DNA of 42,764 nt. Source: a virus (lineage: Duplodnaviria; Caudoviricetes). Positions 25,453 to 35,191 of the stretch are shown in pieces (position 1 is the first letter of the stretch; each line of letters begins with the position of its first letter). The position numbers and the translations under genes were made by a program. The notes under the pieces are model-generated. The model was not told where the DNA came from. It made no database searches and saw only the letters and a program-made list of their open reading frames with translations. The stretch is from IMG/VR virus record IMGVR_UViG_3300048855_000035, positions 1-42,764 of that record; one strand, 5' to 3'.

Positions 25453-25848
25453 ATGACGGACTTGAAGAAGCTGATTGAGAAGCAGCGTGCGGCGTTGTCT
25501 GAGTTGAAGCCGGAGACGGCGTATGCGGTTCTCGGTGGGGCGAAGATCACTGTTGAGGTGACGAAGGTGTCGCCTGATGAGTGGGATGCGCTTGTTATTG
25601 CGAACCCGGCGCGCACGGGAGCTCAGGATGACAAGGTGATTGGTTACAACCCGAACGGTGTGACCCGCGCTTATCCTCGCGTGGTGGTCGACGGGGAAGA
25701 GGTTGACCCCGAGGTCTGGGCCGAGACTTTCGATGCTCTTGATTCGGTGTGGCGTAACAACATTGGAACGGCGATCTGGCGCATCAATGTTCAGGAGCCG
25801 TTTGCAGAGTTGCGGCGCTCGGGAAAAGCACGCGCGGGCCGGAAGTAG
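25453..25848 (+). CDS. Tail assembly chaperone (G)
   Basis: Between MTP and TMP; ends just after slippery G GGA AAA. Confidence 0.85.
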   Translation: MTDLKKLIEKQRAALSELKPETAYAVLGGAKITVEVTKVSPDEWDALVIANPARTGAQDDKVIGYNPNGVTRAYPRVVVDGEEVDPEVWAETFDALDSVWRNNIGTAIWRINVQEPFAELRRSGKARAGRK

Positions 25849-26222
25849 CTCTAGCCCGCGAACTAGGGGTTTCGCCGCGGCGGTTGATGGGTTGGGAGCC
25901 TGGCGAGGTAACGACGTATGAATATGACGATGCTGGTCGCGTGGTCCGTTCGGTGACGGTTCGGGAAGCAGAGTTCTCGTCATGGGATCTTGCCGTGTTG
26001 ATGGCGGATCGGGAGAACGAACGCATCCCGCGGGGTCGGCACGGCCTGCCCATTGCCGAGGCTACAGACGCGACCAACCAGTTTGCGTATGAGGTTGAGG
26101 GGCCGACAACGGACTGGGCTCAGAAGACGCTCGACGAGTTCGAGGCGGAGTACAGGCGCAAGTGGCCCAAGGCGCCTCACGGGGCGCTGCTGTATAAGGT
26201 TCGGCGCCGCGACGCTACTTGA
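25821..26222 (+). CDS. Tail assembly chaperone -1 frameshift extension (G-T)
   Basis: GGGAAAA at 25821-27; the -1 frame is open from there to 26222. Confidence 0.8.
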   Translation, partial: GKSTRGPEVALARELGVSPRRLMGWEPGEVTTYEYDDAGRVVRSVTVREAEFSSWDLAVLMADRENERIPRGRHGLPIAEATDATNQFAYEVEGPTTDWAQKTLDEFEAEYRRKWPKAPHGALLYKVRRRDAT

Positions 26223-26751
26223 TAGCCCAGCTCGCGGAGTGGCCTTTGTCGTTGACGTAACTGACTGTTTGAAGCGCTGCGTCCTTACCTACGACGAAGG
26301 TGATCCACCCGCGGTGACACGAGTTGGGGGCTACTGGCACTTCTCCCCATGCGTAGGCGGGTTGGGGGAAGGCGTCGTATCCGGTGTCCGAGGGCTGGTA
26401 CTGGCGGTTTTCGGCGTCGTTCATGCGCCACCAGTAAGAGGTGATTGTCGACTCGGGGGTTGAGCAGTATTCGACGTGGGCGGCAGCCCACTTGTCGGTT
26501 TCTCGTTGGGGTTGCGGGGCGGGTGCGGGGGCCGGGTCGAGGTCGACGCCGTGCACGGTCATCGTGAAGGTCTCGAATTCGGCCACAGTTCCAAGCGCGA
26601 GTGGGCCTTCTTCACTCGGAGTAGGGGTCGGGGTCGCTTCTTCCGGGGCCGAAGTGACCGTTTCAACGACCGTCGCTGCGGGCGTCGGTTCCCCCGCGCA
26701 TCCGGCTAGCAGGAGTGCCGCCCCAACGATCCCAACCAATTTCATTCGCAT
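26215..26751 (-). CDS. Lipoprotein moron (DUF4352-like Ig fold), candidate superinfection exclusion
   Basis: Signal peptide with LAGC lipobox, P/T linker, GWITFVV; own TAAGAT -10 six nt before ATG. Confidence 0.75.
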   Translation of the reverse strand: MRMKLVGIVGAALLLAGCAGEPTPAATVVETVTSAPEEATPTPTPSEEGPLALGTVAEFETFTMTVHGVDLDPAPAPAPQPQRETDKWAAAHVEYCSTPESTITSYWWRMNDAENRQYQPSDTGYDAFPQPAYAWGEVPVAPNSCHRGWITFVVGKDAALQTVSYVNDKGHSASWAIK

Positions 26752-26793
26752 GCCCGGATCTTAACGGGTTCGCCGACATTCCGGGGGTGCATT

Positions 26794-29586
26794 TTGGCTG
26801 ATCGCGTTGTGAAGGTTCGGCTTTCTGCTGTTGTTTCTGAGTTCAACCGGGGAATCGATGAAGCGGCGAACAAGGTCCGCACTTTGGGCTCCGAGGGTGA
26901 GAAGCTCACCCAGACCCGGCAGTCGATGCAGCTGCTTGGTACCACCGGGCTCGCGATGGGCGCCACGCTCGCGGCGGGCGTTGGTGTCGCTGTTGCCCGG
27001 TTCGCGGACTTCGACCAGCAGATGTCGTATGTCGCCGCGACTGGAGAAGACGCGCGGGGAAGCTTGGATGCGCTGCGGCAGGCGGCTATCGATGCTGGTG
27101 CGTCTACCGTGTTCTCGGCTACCGAGTCCGCCCAGGCGATCGAGGAGATGGCGAAGGCTGGCTTGTCCGCCAAGGACATTCTCGGTGGGGGACTTTCGGG
27201 AGCGCTGGATCTTGCGGCTGCTGGCGGTCTGGGTGTTGCTGACGCGGCCGGAATCGCTGCCACGGCCCTGAAGGTGTTCAACCTCGAGGGGTCGGACATG
27301 TCTCACGTGGCCGATTTGCTGGCCGCTGGTGCGGGCAAGGCGATGGGTGACGTAACCGACCTGTCTGCGGCTCTCGCGCAGGGCGGTCAGGTTGCTGCTG
27401 CTACGGGTCTTTCGATTGAGGAGACGACCGCTGGTCTTGCCGCGTTCGCGTCGCAGGGTCTTCTTGGCTCGGATGCCGGCACGTCGTTCAAGACCATGTT
27501 GCAGCGCCTCACTCCGCAGTCCGCAGAGGCTCAGAAGAAGATGGATGAGCTCGGCGTCTCGGCGTATGACGCTTCGGGCAACTTCATCGGTCTTGCTGAG
27601 TTCGCGGGCAACTTGCAGGATGCGCTTGTGAAGCTGACGCCCGAGCAGCGTAACGCCGCGCTGTCGGTCATGTTCGGGTCGGATGCCGTGCGCGCCGCGA
27701 ACGTCATCTATCAGGAGGGTGAGCAGGGCGTTCGTGACTGGATCACTGCGGTGGATGACCAGGGTTACGCGGCTGAGACTGCCGCTACCCGGCTCGACAA
27801 CCTGAAGGGCGACTGGGAGGCTCTGACTGGGGCTATTGATTCTTCTCTCATCACGATGGGTGAGGGTGCGAACGGTCCATTGCGTGGGTTTGTCCAGACC
27901 CTCACCGATATGGCTACTCGTTTCGGGGAGCTTCCGGATTGGGCACAGCAGGCAACCTTGGGTGTCGTTGCGTTGACTGGTGCGACCGCTCTTGGGGCGG
28001 GCACTTTCTTGACCGCGATCCCGAAGATTGCCGAGTACCGTACCGCTCTCGCGGACATGGGGACTGGCGCGCAGCGTGCTGGCCGGTTCGTCGAGGGTGC
28101 GGCGAAGACTGCCGCTGCCGCTGGTGGATTCCTCGCGTTGACGATCGCGTTGTCCAAGACCGCTGAGGCGTTCGGCAATGCCAGTGACGGTGCGCGGGGG
28201 TACCAGGAGACACTCAAGATTCTCCTTGAGGACGATGTGAGCGGGCAGTTCTCGGAGATCTCGAGTGATGTCACTGACCTAGATTCCGCGCTCGAACTGC
28301 TTCTTGGCGGCAGCTTCAACTCCAACATGGAGCGATTCGGTTCCACTCTGAACGGGATATTCGCTGGCGGTTCGCTTGCGGATCAGGTGTCGGAGACCCG
28401 AGAGCAGTTCTCCCAGATGGGGCAGGGGCTCGCGGAGATGGTCAACAGTGGTGAAGCGGATCGTGCTGCCGAGTTGTTTGAGCAGGTTGCTGATGCTGCG
28501 GAGAAGCAGGGGTTCAGTGTCGAAGACGTGAATGCTCTGATGCCGCAGTATCAGGAGGCGTTGGACGGGGTTGCTAACTCGAGCGTTTTTGCTGCGGAGG
28601 CGACGGGGGCCAGCACTGATGCGCTGGTCGATATCGAAGAGGCTGCCGCTGAAGCGGACACTGCGTTGCAGGATGCGGCGGATGCGCTTAGCCGAGTCGG
28701 TGAGACTGCTCTTGATGTGGGCGAGGCGAAGGATGCGGCGCTCGGGGCGATCAATGCCATGACCGAAGCGGCAGAGGCAGAAGGTGCCGTCCTGGACGGT
28801 ACGAACGACGCCTCGATCCGTTTCCGCGATTCGTTGCGCGATGTGGAGACTGCTCACCGCGATTCAGCAGAAGCCATTATCCACAATGGCGGGACGCTTG
28901 AGGAAGCGCAGGCCGCGTGGGATAGCGGGCGCGAGTCGGTCATCAAGATGCTCGAGGCCAAGGGGATGGACCGTGACGAGGCAATCCGGTGGGCAGATCA
29001 GAACCTCGGTTCTGCTGCTGAAGTCAAGGGCAGCATCGATCAGGTGTATCAGGCGTGGTTGAACCTTCCCGAGAACAAGGAAACGAAGTACCAGGTTGAG
29101 GCCGCTCAGGCAGAGCAGAAGCTTGCTGACCTGAAGGCGCGGCTTGATGGGATCCCGAATTACAAGCGGATCACTTTGGAGACCTTCGACTATGGGACGC
29201 GCACGGTTGACGCTGGTGCGAACGCGAACGGCGGGCTGTACAAGAACAAGGTGAAGGCGTTCGCGTCCGGTGGGTTTGAGCCGGGTATCTACCCGTACGT
29301 TCAGGGCGGGATCCACAAGTTCGCTGAGGAGTACGGCGAGGCTTACATCTCGATGGATCCTGCGCGGCGTGACCGTTCGGAGGCCGTGTGGGTGAGGACG
29401 GGGCAGGAGCTCGGGATGTTCTCGGGCGCCGGGCCTGCGGTTCAGTCCGTGCCGTCCGCCGTGTATGTGCAGAACCCGTTCACTGGTGAGTATCTGCTTG
29501 CTCGGGTCGCTGACGTTGCTGACGCGAAGGTTGGCGAGTATGACGCGGCTTGGAGTAGGGCCACACGGGGTGGGGTGCGCCAGTGA
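26794..29586 (+). CDS. Tape measure protein
   Basis: 930 aa, Ala-rich; TP901-type FSATESAQAIEEMAKAG, GSDAGTSFKTML. Confidence 0.93.
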   Translation: MADRVVKVRLSAVVSEFNRGIDEAANKVRTLGSEGEKLTQTRQSMQLLGTTGLAMGATLAAGVGVAVARFADFDQQMSYVAATGEDARGSLDALRQAAIDAGASTVFSATESAQAIEEMAKAGLSAKDILGGGLSGALDLAAAGGLGVADAAGIAATALKVFNLEGSDMSHVADLLAAGAGKAMGDVTDLSAALAQGGQVAAATGLSIEETTAGLAAFASQGLLGSDAGTSFKTMLQRLTPQSAEAQKKMDELGVSAYDASGNFIGLAEFAGNLQDALVKLTPEQRNAALSVMFGSDAVRAANVIYQEGEQGVRDWITAVDDQGYAAETAATRLDNLKGDWEALTGAIDSSLITMGEGANGPLRGFVQTLTDMATRFGELPDWAQQATLGVVALTGATALGAGTFLTAIPKIAEYRTALADMGTGAQRAGRFVEGAAKTAAAAGGFLALTIALSKTAEAFGNASDGARGYQETLKILLEDDVSGQFSEISSDVTDLDSALELLLGGSFNSNMERFGSTLNGIFAGGSLADQVSETREQFSQMGQGLAEMVNSGEADRAAELFEQVADAAEKQGFSVEDVNALMPQYQEALDGVANSSVFAAEATGASTDALVDIEEAAAEADTALQDAADALSRVGETALDVGEAKDAALGAINAMTEAAEAEGAVLDGTNDASIRFRDSLRDVETAHRDSAEAIIHNGGTLEEAQAAWDSGRESVIKMLEAKGMDRDEAIRWADQNLGSAAEVKGSIDQVYQAWLNLPENKETKYQVEAAQAEQKLADLKARLDGIPNYKRITLETFDYGTRTVDAGANANGGLYKNKVKAFASGGFEPGIYPYVQGGIHKFAEEYGEAYISMDPARRDRSEAVWVRTGQELGMFSGAGPAVQSVPSAVYVQNPFTGEYLLARVADVADAKVGEYDAAWSRATRGGVRQ

Positions 29587-29774
29587 GTGTCTTCCGACCC
29601 GACCGTTACTTCTCGGATCTGTACCAGCCGAACCGGGAGTCGGTTCCGGTCGGGGGCAACTTGTATGAGACGCAGGGTTTGCTCCCTTCGGGGCCTGGCT
29701 TGTATGCGTTCGTGGCTGTTGATTTCGCGATCGGTTATGTGACGATCACCCCTTACAACGCGGAGGCTGTCTGA
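29583..29774 (+). CDS. Small hypothetical protein
   Basis: Overlap-coupled between TMP and the next tail gene. Confidence 0.55.
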   Translation: MSVFRPDRYFSDLYQPNRESVPVGGNLYETQGLLPSGPGLYAFVAVDFAIGYVTITPYNAEAV

Positions 29775-30595
29775 TGCCCATCACTTTGTTGAGCGATGTC
29801 ACTGAGGCGCCGTTTGTGGAGGTGTTCATTGAAGACCTGATCCCGGAGGCGGCGTCAGTCACTGTGTATCGGTTGGCTGCGGGGCGTGAGTTTCAGATGC
29901 GGGGTGCGGTTCGTGCGCCGACTGCTGGGGCGTTCACGCGTGTTGACTTCGAGGTGCCTTTCAACGTTCCTGTGACGTATCGGGCGGAGTTGTTTGACGC
30001 TGCGGGGATCTCTCTGGGGTTCACGGATTCGGCGACGATCACGTTGGACGTCGCCGATACGTGGATGCACAACCCGCTGGATCCTTCGGGGGCGGTGCGG
30101 GTGTTCCTGGGGGACGAGGGCGGATGGTCAGTAACTCGTCCTACGCCTGGCGTGGTGTCTCGCCCTCTGGGGCGGCAGGTTGGCGTGGTGTTGTCTCAGC
30201 CTCGCTATGGGGTCACCGGGTTGCAGTTGTCGGTTCGTACTTCTACTGAGGAAGACGCAGACATGGTGCAGGCGATGGTGGGGGACAGGGGGATGCCGCC
30301 GCTGGTGTGTATCCGGCTTGGCGCCGAGGATCAGCGGCTACGTGTTCCGCAGCCGTTGTTCCTTTCGGCGTTGAGCGTGACGGAAGTGGACATGGATCAC
30401 CGTTGGGGTGGGTCGGAGATGGTTCACAAGTTCGAGGGTGATGAGGTTGCCCCTCCGATTCCCGGCCTGTTTGTTCCGTTGCTGCGGGCGGCAGATATCA
30501 ATGTGTCGTTCGCCTCGGCGGCGGTGTTGAACAGTGAGCATCTGACTGCTTCTGATGTGAATCGCCGGTATGACCTGGCGGGTGCGGCTGGCTGA
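29774..30595 (+). CDS. Minor tail protein (distal tail-like)
   Basis: DFEVPFNVPVTYRAE; position after TMP. Confidence 0.75.
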   Translation: MPITLLSDVTEAPFVEVFIEDLIPEAASVTVYRLAAGREFQMRGAVRAPTAGAFTRVDFEVPFNVPVTYRAELFDAAGISLGFTDSATITLDVADTWMHNPLDPSGAVRVFLGDEGGWSVTRPTPGVVSRPLGRQVGVVLSQPRYGVTGLQLSVRTSTEEDADMVQAMVGDRGMPPLVCIRLGAEDQRLRVPQPLFLSALSVTEVDMDHRWGGSEMVHKFEGDEVAPPIPGLFVPLLRAADINVSFASAAVLNSEHLTASDVNRRYDLAGAAG

Positions 30596-30606
30596 GGGGT
30601 GGTCTG

Positions 30607-31722
30607 ATGAGGCAGCACAGTGATGCGCTGGTTGATGTTCTTTCGGGTTCGTTTGAGCGCGAGTTGACGGTGAACGTGTTTACGGGGTCGGATCGGACGC
30701 TTGAGGGTGTCCGGTTCGAGTCGTGGCAGTTGAGCTCGGATCTTGGTCGTGAGGTGTGCGGTCAGGGTTCGGGGTCGGTGGTGTATTCGTCGGTGGATGG
30801 TGAGTCTGTGGTGCCGGTGGGTACGCAGGGCGTGTTGTCGCCGTTTCGTGCTCGCATTGAGCCGGTGCTGACGGTTCGTGCGGGGGAGTTCGAGGAGTCC
30901 ATTTCTCTCGGGACGTTCCGGGCTGTCTCTGTCCCGTCTGCTGAGGACTTTGTTGTGGTTGCTGAGGATGGGCGTGAGCTTGTCACGAGCAGCCGCGTGG
31001 GGGTGAAGTTCGATTCGCTTGAGGCGGATATTGAGCGGTGGGGGTTGCGGTTCCCGGAGACGTCGAAGGCTGGTGTGTCTGCGTACGGAGAGATTCGCCG
31101 GTTCACGGGCATGCCTGTTGAGGAGACTGTGCCTGATGTTCCGTTGCCCGCGTTGAAGACGTGGGAGGCGAAGCAGGGTGGCCGGTTGGATGCGGTGATG
31201 GAGCTGGGGCGCATTCTGGGTGGTCAAGCCGTGGTGAATAGTCGTGGCGCGTGGGTCATCATCCCGGATGAGATTGGTGCCCCGGTGGCTACGTTGCGGT
31301 TGGGGGAGCTGGGTACGGTCCTCGAGGTCGCGGATGAGATCGAAACGGACACGGTGTACAACGAGGTTGTCGGGTCGTTTGAGGACTCTGCGGGGAACCC
31401 GTTGTACTCGGTTGCTCGTGTGACGACGGGGCCGTTGAGCGTGTCTGGTCCGTATGGGACGAACACGCGTTACTACTCGTCGGATTTGGTGAAGACGCAG
31501 CAGCAGGCGGATCGGGCGGTTGCTTCAGTCCTTGCCCAGTCAATCGGGTCGCAACAGTATGACGTGCGAATCCAGTGTCACATCAACCCGTTGATCGAGG
31601 TTGGGGATGTGGTGGAGCTGACCGGTTGGCGGCGTCCACTTGTGGGGCGGCTGACGAAGGTGGAGATGTCGGACAGCCCGTACATGAACGTCACGTTGAG
31701 GGTTGACCGGGAGCTGTCATGA
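30607..31722 (+). CDS. Minor tail protein (hub/Tal-like)
   Basis: VYNEVV, GPYG...YYSS, NPLIEVGDVV. Confidence 0.8.
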   Translation: MRQHSDALVDVLSGSFERELTVNVFTGSDRTLEGVRFESWQLSSDLGREVCGQGSGSVVYSSVDGESVVPVGTQGVLSPFRARIEPVLTVRAGEFEESISLGTFRAVSVPSAEDFVVVAEDGRELVTSSRVGVKFDSLEADIERWGLRFPETSKAGVSAYGEIRRFTGMPVEETVPDVPLPALKTWEAKQGGRLDAVMELGRILGGQAVVNSRGAWVIIPDEIGAPVATLRLGELGTVLEVADEIETDTVYNEVVGSFEDSAGNPLYSVARVTTGPLSVSGPYGTNTRYYSSDLVKTQQQADRAVASVLAQSIGSQQYDVRIQCHINPLIEVGDVVELTGWRRPLVGRLTKVEMSDSPYMNVTLRVDRELS

Positions 31723-32585
31723 CGGGTCCGTTGGATGTTGCGCGGAAGTTGGCTGCGCAGACGTCTGCGCGTTCGGAGACTGGTCAGTTTGTTCGGATGG
31801 AGGGCCGGTTCGCGGTTGTGAACATTGGCACTTCGACGGTGACGATCCCGTGCACTGGTGTGTATCCGCCGCGGTCAGGTTTGCCTGTGCGTGTGGATTG
31901 GGTGAATGGGTCGCCGGCTGTGACGGGTTTGGTGACGCCGAGGTCACCGTTTGGGACGATCACGGCGACGGGTACCCCGTTGGCGACGGTGCTGGTTGAG
32001 GGCAACACGTACCAGTTGAACACGATGGAACCGTATGCGCCGACGATTGGTGATCGGGTTGCGGTGGACTGGGATCGGTATCTGATTCTGGGGAAGATGA
32101 CGGGTGTGAGTCAGCCGGAGACGCCTCCGGAGAATGAGACGCCGGATCCGAAACCGTTCGAGTTGGTGGTTCGTGCTCAGGGGTCTGGTCGGTTCAATTC
32201 GTCGGGCCGTTGGGGTAACAGTGACGTGTGGGCGTCGAATACGACTCGCGGTTTGTGGGTGTATGGCGATGCGATCAAGTCGGCGGTGGCTGGCGCTTCG
32301 GTGAGTTCGGTTGATATCTATTTGCCGTTGTCGCAGCAGGTGGGTACGGCTGCGATCGGGTTCCATGAGTATGGGGCGCTGCCGGGGTTCTTCCCGACGA
32401 TCTTGGATGCGGTGAACCTTCCGATTGGTTCGCGTAGTGGGTGGGTGCGTATCCCGAACTGGTCTGCGTTGGCGTTGGGTCAGCGTGGTGTTGGGGTGTT
32501 CGCGCCGAGTGGTGGGTACACGATTTGGCGTGGTGTTGCTGCTGACCCGTTGTCGGGTGCGTTGCGTTTCCGTGGCACTCGTTGA
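31719..32585 (+). CDS. Minor tail protein
   Basis: Synteny; YAPTIGDRV. Confidence 0.75.
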   Translation: MTGPLDVARKLAAQTSARSETGQFVRMEGRFAVVNIGTSTVTIPCTGVYPPRSGLPVRVDWVNGSPAVTGLVTPRSPFGTITATGTPLATVLVEGNTYQLNTMEPYAPTIGDRVAVDWDRYLILGKMTGVSQPETPPENETPDPKPFELVVRAQGSGRFNSSGRWGNSDVWASNTTRGLWVYGDAIKSAVAGASVSSVDIYLPLSQQVGTAAIGFHEYGALPGFFPTILDAVNLPIGSRSGWVRIPNWSALALGQRGVGVFAPSGGYTIWRGVAADPLSGALRFRGTR

Positions 32586-32606
32586 CGTTCTCTGGTTCTT
32601 GTTCTT

Positions 32607-32636
32607 GACGCTCCCGGTTGGGGGCGTTTCGTGTTT
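32607..32636 (+). terminator. Terminator-like hairpin
   Basis: GACGCTCCC...GGGGGCGTT followed by TCGTGTTT. Confidence 0.5.
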
Positions 32637-32652
32637 CTAAAGGGGTACTCAC

Positions 32653-33378
32653 ATGGCAGTCAACAGTTTCGATCCGATCACTGGGGCGCCTCGTTTCGTC
32701 GACAGTGACGCGCCTGATATCAAGGTTGACCCGAATGAGGCGGCGAAGTATGCGGCTGATGTGGGGAACTACATTGTGCGGGACAACCTGACCGCGTTGG
32801 ATGCGTACGCGTACAAGCGGAAGGGTTTGCGCGGGTTCGCTCGTGACACCGGTTACGAGTACCTGCACGATGGGACCGCCTGGACGACGGCCAGTGCGTT
32901 CGTGCTGTTGGGGGCGAAGACTCTGACTGCGGCGAACACCGCCGATTTCGATGGGGTGTTCTCGAGCCGGTTCGCGAACTATCTGGTGCGTGTGAACGTG
33001 CGGTCGTTGTCGTCTGCGGGTTCGATTGCGTTTCAGATGCGGGCTGGTGGTTCGAACGCGGCGGGGGCGTCTGACTATGTGGCTGTGTCGCGGTCGAACA
33101 GTGGTGGGTCTGTGACGGGTGCGAGCGTGGCGAGTAGTTCGGGGCCGTTGACGAAGGCGACGGTTGCCGCGCTGTATGCCGAGGTGAGTTTGTTTGATCC
33201 TGCGGTTGCTGCGCGGACGGTGGCGTTGGTGAGTTCGCATGGTGTGGGGTCGTCGAGCGCTGGCGAGAACGGTGACATCAGTGTTCAGCACAATCCGGCT
33301 GTTGTGTATGACGGGTTCCGGTTGTTGACGTCGGGGCCGACGATGACCGGGACGGTCACCGTGTTTGGGATCGGGTGA
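32653..33378 (+). CDS. Minor tail / receptor-binding protein
   Basis: FDGVFSSRFANY...YDGFRL...GTVTVFG beta-sandwich tail motif. Confidence 0.7.
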   Translation: MAVNSFDPITGAPRFVDSDAPDIKVDPNEAAKYAADVGNYIVRDNLTALDAYAYKRKGLRGFARDTGYEYLHDGTAWTTASAFVLLGAKTLTAANTADFDGVFSSRFANYLVRVNVRSLSSAGSIAFQMRAGGSNAAGASDYVAVSRSNSGGSVTGASVASSSGPLTKATVAALYAEVSLFDPAVAARTVALVSSHGVGSSSAGENGDISVQHNPAVVYDGFRLLTSGPTMTGTVTVFGIG

Positions 33379-33382
33379 TCTT

Positions 33383-34105
33383 ATGGCGTTCACGTATAAG
33401 AACGGCAGGGTTCCCGCGAACCTGTTGGTGACGTTCGCGTCTGGGTGGTTGCCCGGTGAGGGAACCTGGTATCACCAGTTGCCGCCCGCGACGTACGCGA
33501 AGCACCTGGCTTTGGTGGCGTTGGCGAAACGCAACACCGGCCGCACGCTGAAGATCAGTGAGGGGTGGGGTGCGTACCGCCCCTACAACGTGCAGGTGTA
33601 CGCGAAGAGCATCCACGGCATCTATGCGGCTTCCCCGGGCACGTCTTCCCACGGCATGTATTGGGAGGGTCAGCAGTGCGCCGCGATCGATTACGGCAAC
33701 TGGTCGTACGTGTACAACGGCGACCGTGAAGCGTTCTACCGGGATGTGCGCGCGGTGGGCATGGAGCCGGGACTGATCTCGGTACCGCGCGGCTACCCGG
33801 ATGAGCCGTGGCATGTCGTCGATAAGAATCCGTGGGCTGCTGGTGCTGCGGTCGCGGGTGGAGCAACAGGCGGCACCGTCGCCCCGGAAACGAAACGAGA
33901 AGACATCATGGCGAGCATTCCCCCGTTGGTGAAGCAGTCGAACAGTGACAACATTTGGGCGATCAACCCAAACGGTACGAAGCGTCGTGTGAAGCCGGAT
34001 GAGATGAGCGTGTACAAGTCGATCGCGGGGAAGTTGAAGATCGACATCAACTCGTACATCGCTGAGGGCGACAACATCAAGTTGTCGTCGATTCCGAACG
34101 GCTGA
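33383..34105 (+). CDS. Endolysin, M15 (VanY-like) zinc peptidase
   Basis: AYRPY..Q, PGTSSHG, AID, EPWH. Confidence 0.85.
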   Translation: MAFTYKNGRVPANLLVTFASGWLPGEGTWYHQLPPATYAKHLALVALAKRNTGRTLKISEGWGAYRPYNVQVYAKSIHGIYAASPGTSSHGMYWEGQQCAAIDYGNWSYVYNGDREAFYRDVRAVGMEPGLISVPRGYPDEPWHVVDKNPWAAGAAVAGGATGGTVAPETKREDIMASIPPLVKQSNSDNIWAINPNGTKRRVKPDEMSVYKSIAGKLKIDINSYIAEGDNIKLSSIPNG

Positions 34106-34133
34106 TGGCGGACTGGCAAGACGAGGGGGCGAC

Positions 34134-34433
34134 ATGGACCCTTGGTCGTCGTTTGTTTCCAGCCTGAGCATCATGGATCTCGGTTCGACCGGGCTGCTCG
34201 CTGTGACGGTCATGCTGATCCTCACGGGCCGCCTGGTCCCGAAGAGTGTCGCGGACGCGTGGAAGAAGGCGTACTTCACGGAGCAGGAGTCGGGGCGGGA
34301 GAAGGAGAAGCAAATCACGCTTCTTGCTAGTTCCGCTTCAGTGTCTGCCCGCGTGTTGGATGCGCTGCCTGTCCCGTCTGGGGGTGAGTCGGATGCTGAA
34401 ACTGTTTCGGAGGTTCGCCGGCCGCGGCGATAA
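34134..34433 (+). CDS. Lysis-cassette membrane protein
   Basis: TM ending ILTGRLVP followed by a coiled coil. Confidence 0.7.
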   Translation: MDPWSSFVSSLSIMDLGSTGLLAVTVMLILTGRLVPKSVADAWKKAYFTEQESGREKEKQITLLASSASVSARVLDALPVPSGGESDAETVSEVRRPRR

Positions 34434-34590
34434 GGCGGATGCCGTGGAGGCGCAGAAGGTCGCGGAACGTTCGTTGGCTGTTGCGCAGGCTCGAACAGCG
34501 GAGATCGCCGAGCTGACGAACCGCATCGAGAAACACGGGTATGTGAACCACATTGGTGAGCGTGTGCTTGCCGGGATCAGGGGGGCTTGA
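34393..34590 (+). CDS. Lysis-cassette small coiled-coil protein
   Basis: MLKLFRRF...NHIGERV; typical actinophage lysis neighbour. Confidence 0.6.
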   Translation: MLKLFRRFAGRGDKADAVEAQKVAERSLAVAQARTAEIAELTNRIEKHGYVNHIGERVLAGIRGA

Positions 34591-34955
34591 TGCTGATCGA
34601 TGATGTGATCTTGGTTGTCTTGTTCTCGTGGGTGGTCCCGTTGGGGTTGTTCGTCTTCTATCAGGTGACGACGGCGGTCCCGTTTTCGCGTTGGCGTCGC
34701 CGGTTGTTGCGGGTGAAGGAGATGCAGCCGATCACCCGGATCTTGGTGGCGCAGAAGGCCGCGTTGATCTTGGTGGTCGCGTTCATTGCGGCTGTGCGGT
34801 TCCTCGGGGATTTCCCTGGCCGTGAGTGGGTCGCGTTCGGCTTGTACACCCTTTTGGTCGCCCTCGCGTGGGTGGTCTTCATCTATCAGCGTCGCGTGCA
34901 GCTCCCTCAGGAGCGTCGCATTCGTGGTCGCTTGACTCGAAGTTTGAAGGAGTAA
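34587..34955 (+). CDS. Putative holin (3 TM)
   Basis: Three hydrophobic segments; GDFPGREW. Confidence 0.65.
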   Translation: MMLIDDVILVVLFSWVVPLGLFVFYQVTTAVPFSRWRRRLLRVKEMQPITRILVAQKAALILVVAFIAAVRFLGDFPGREWVAFGLYTLLVALAWVVFIYQRRVQLPQERRIRGRLTRSLKE

Positions 34956-34958
34956 CAC

Positions 34959-35189
34959 ATGAGTACACCTGTTGTTGATGCGCCGTCGTTCTGGGCGCGC
35001 ACGAAGAAGGCTCTCGCTGGTGGTATCGCTGGTCTCGCGACGGGCGGTCTCGGTTCGGCGATCACGGCCGCACTGTCCGATGGTGCGATCACGGGCGATG
35101 AGGTGTGGAGCATCATTGGCCTCGCGGTTGGTGGGTTCCTGGTTGGGTTCGGTGCCGTGTACGCCGCACCGAAGAACGCGGAGGTTTGA
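34959..35189 (+). CDS. Holin-like membrane protein (2 TM)
   Basis: KKALAGG...DGAITGDE...VYAAPKN. Confidence 0.7.
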   Translation: MSTPVVDAPSFWARTKKALAGGIAGLATGGLGSAITAALSDGAITGDEVWSIIGLAVGGFLVGFGAVYAAPKNAEV

Positions 35190-35191
35190 CT

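Noticed and set aside
32275-34958. Long minus-strand ORFs (e.g. 32275-33393, 33356-34318)
   Set aside because: Arg/His/Pro-rich antisense shadows of well-supported plus-strand genes in high-GC DNA
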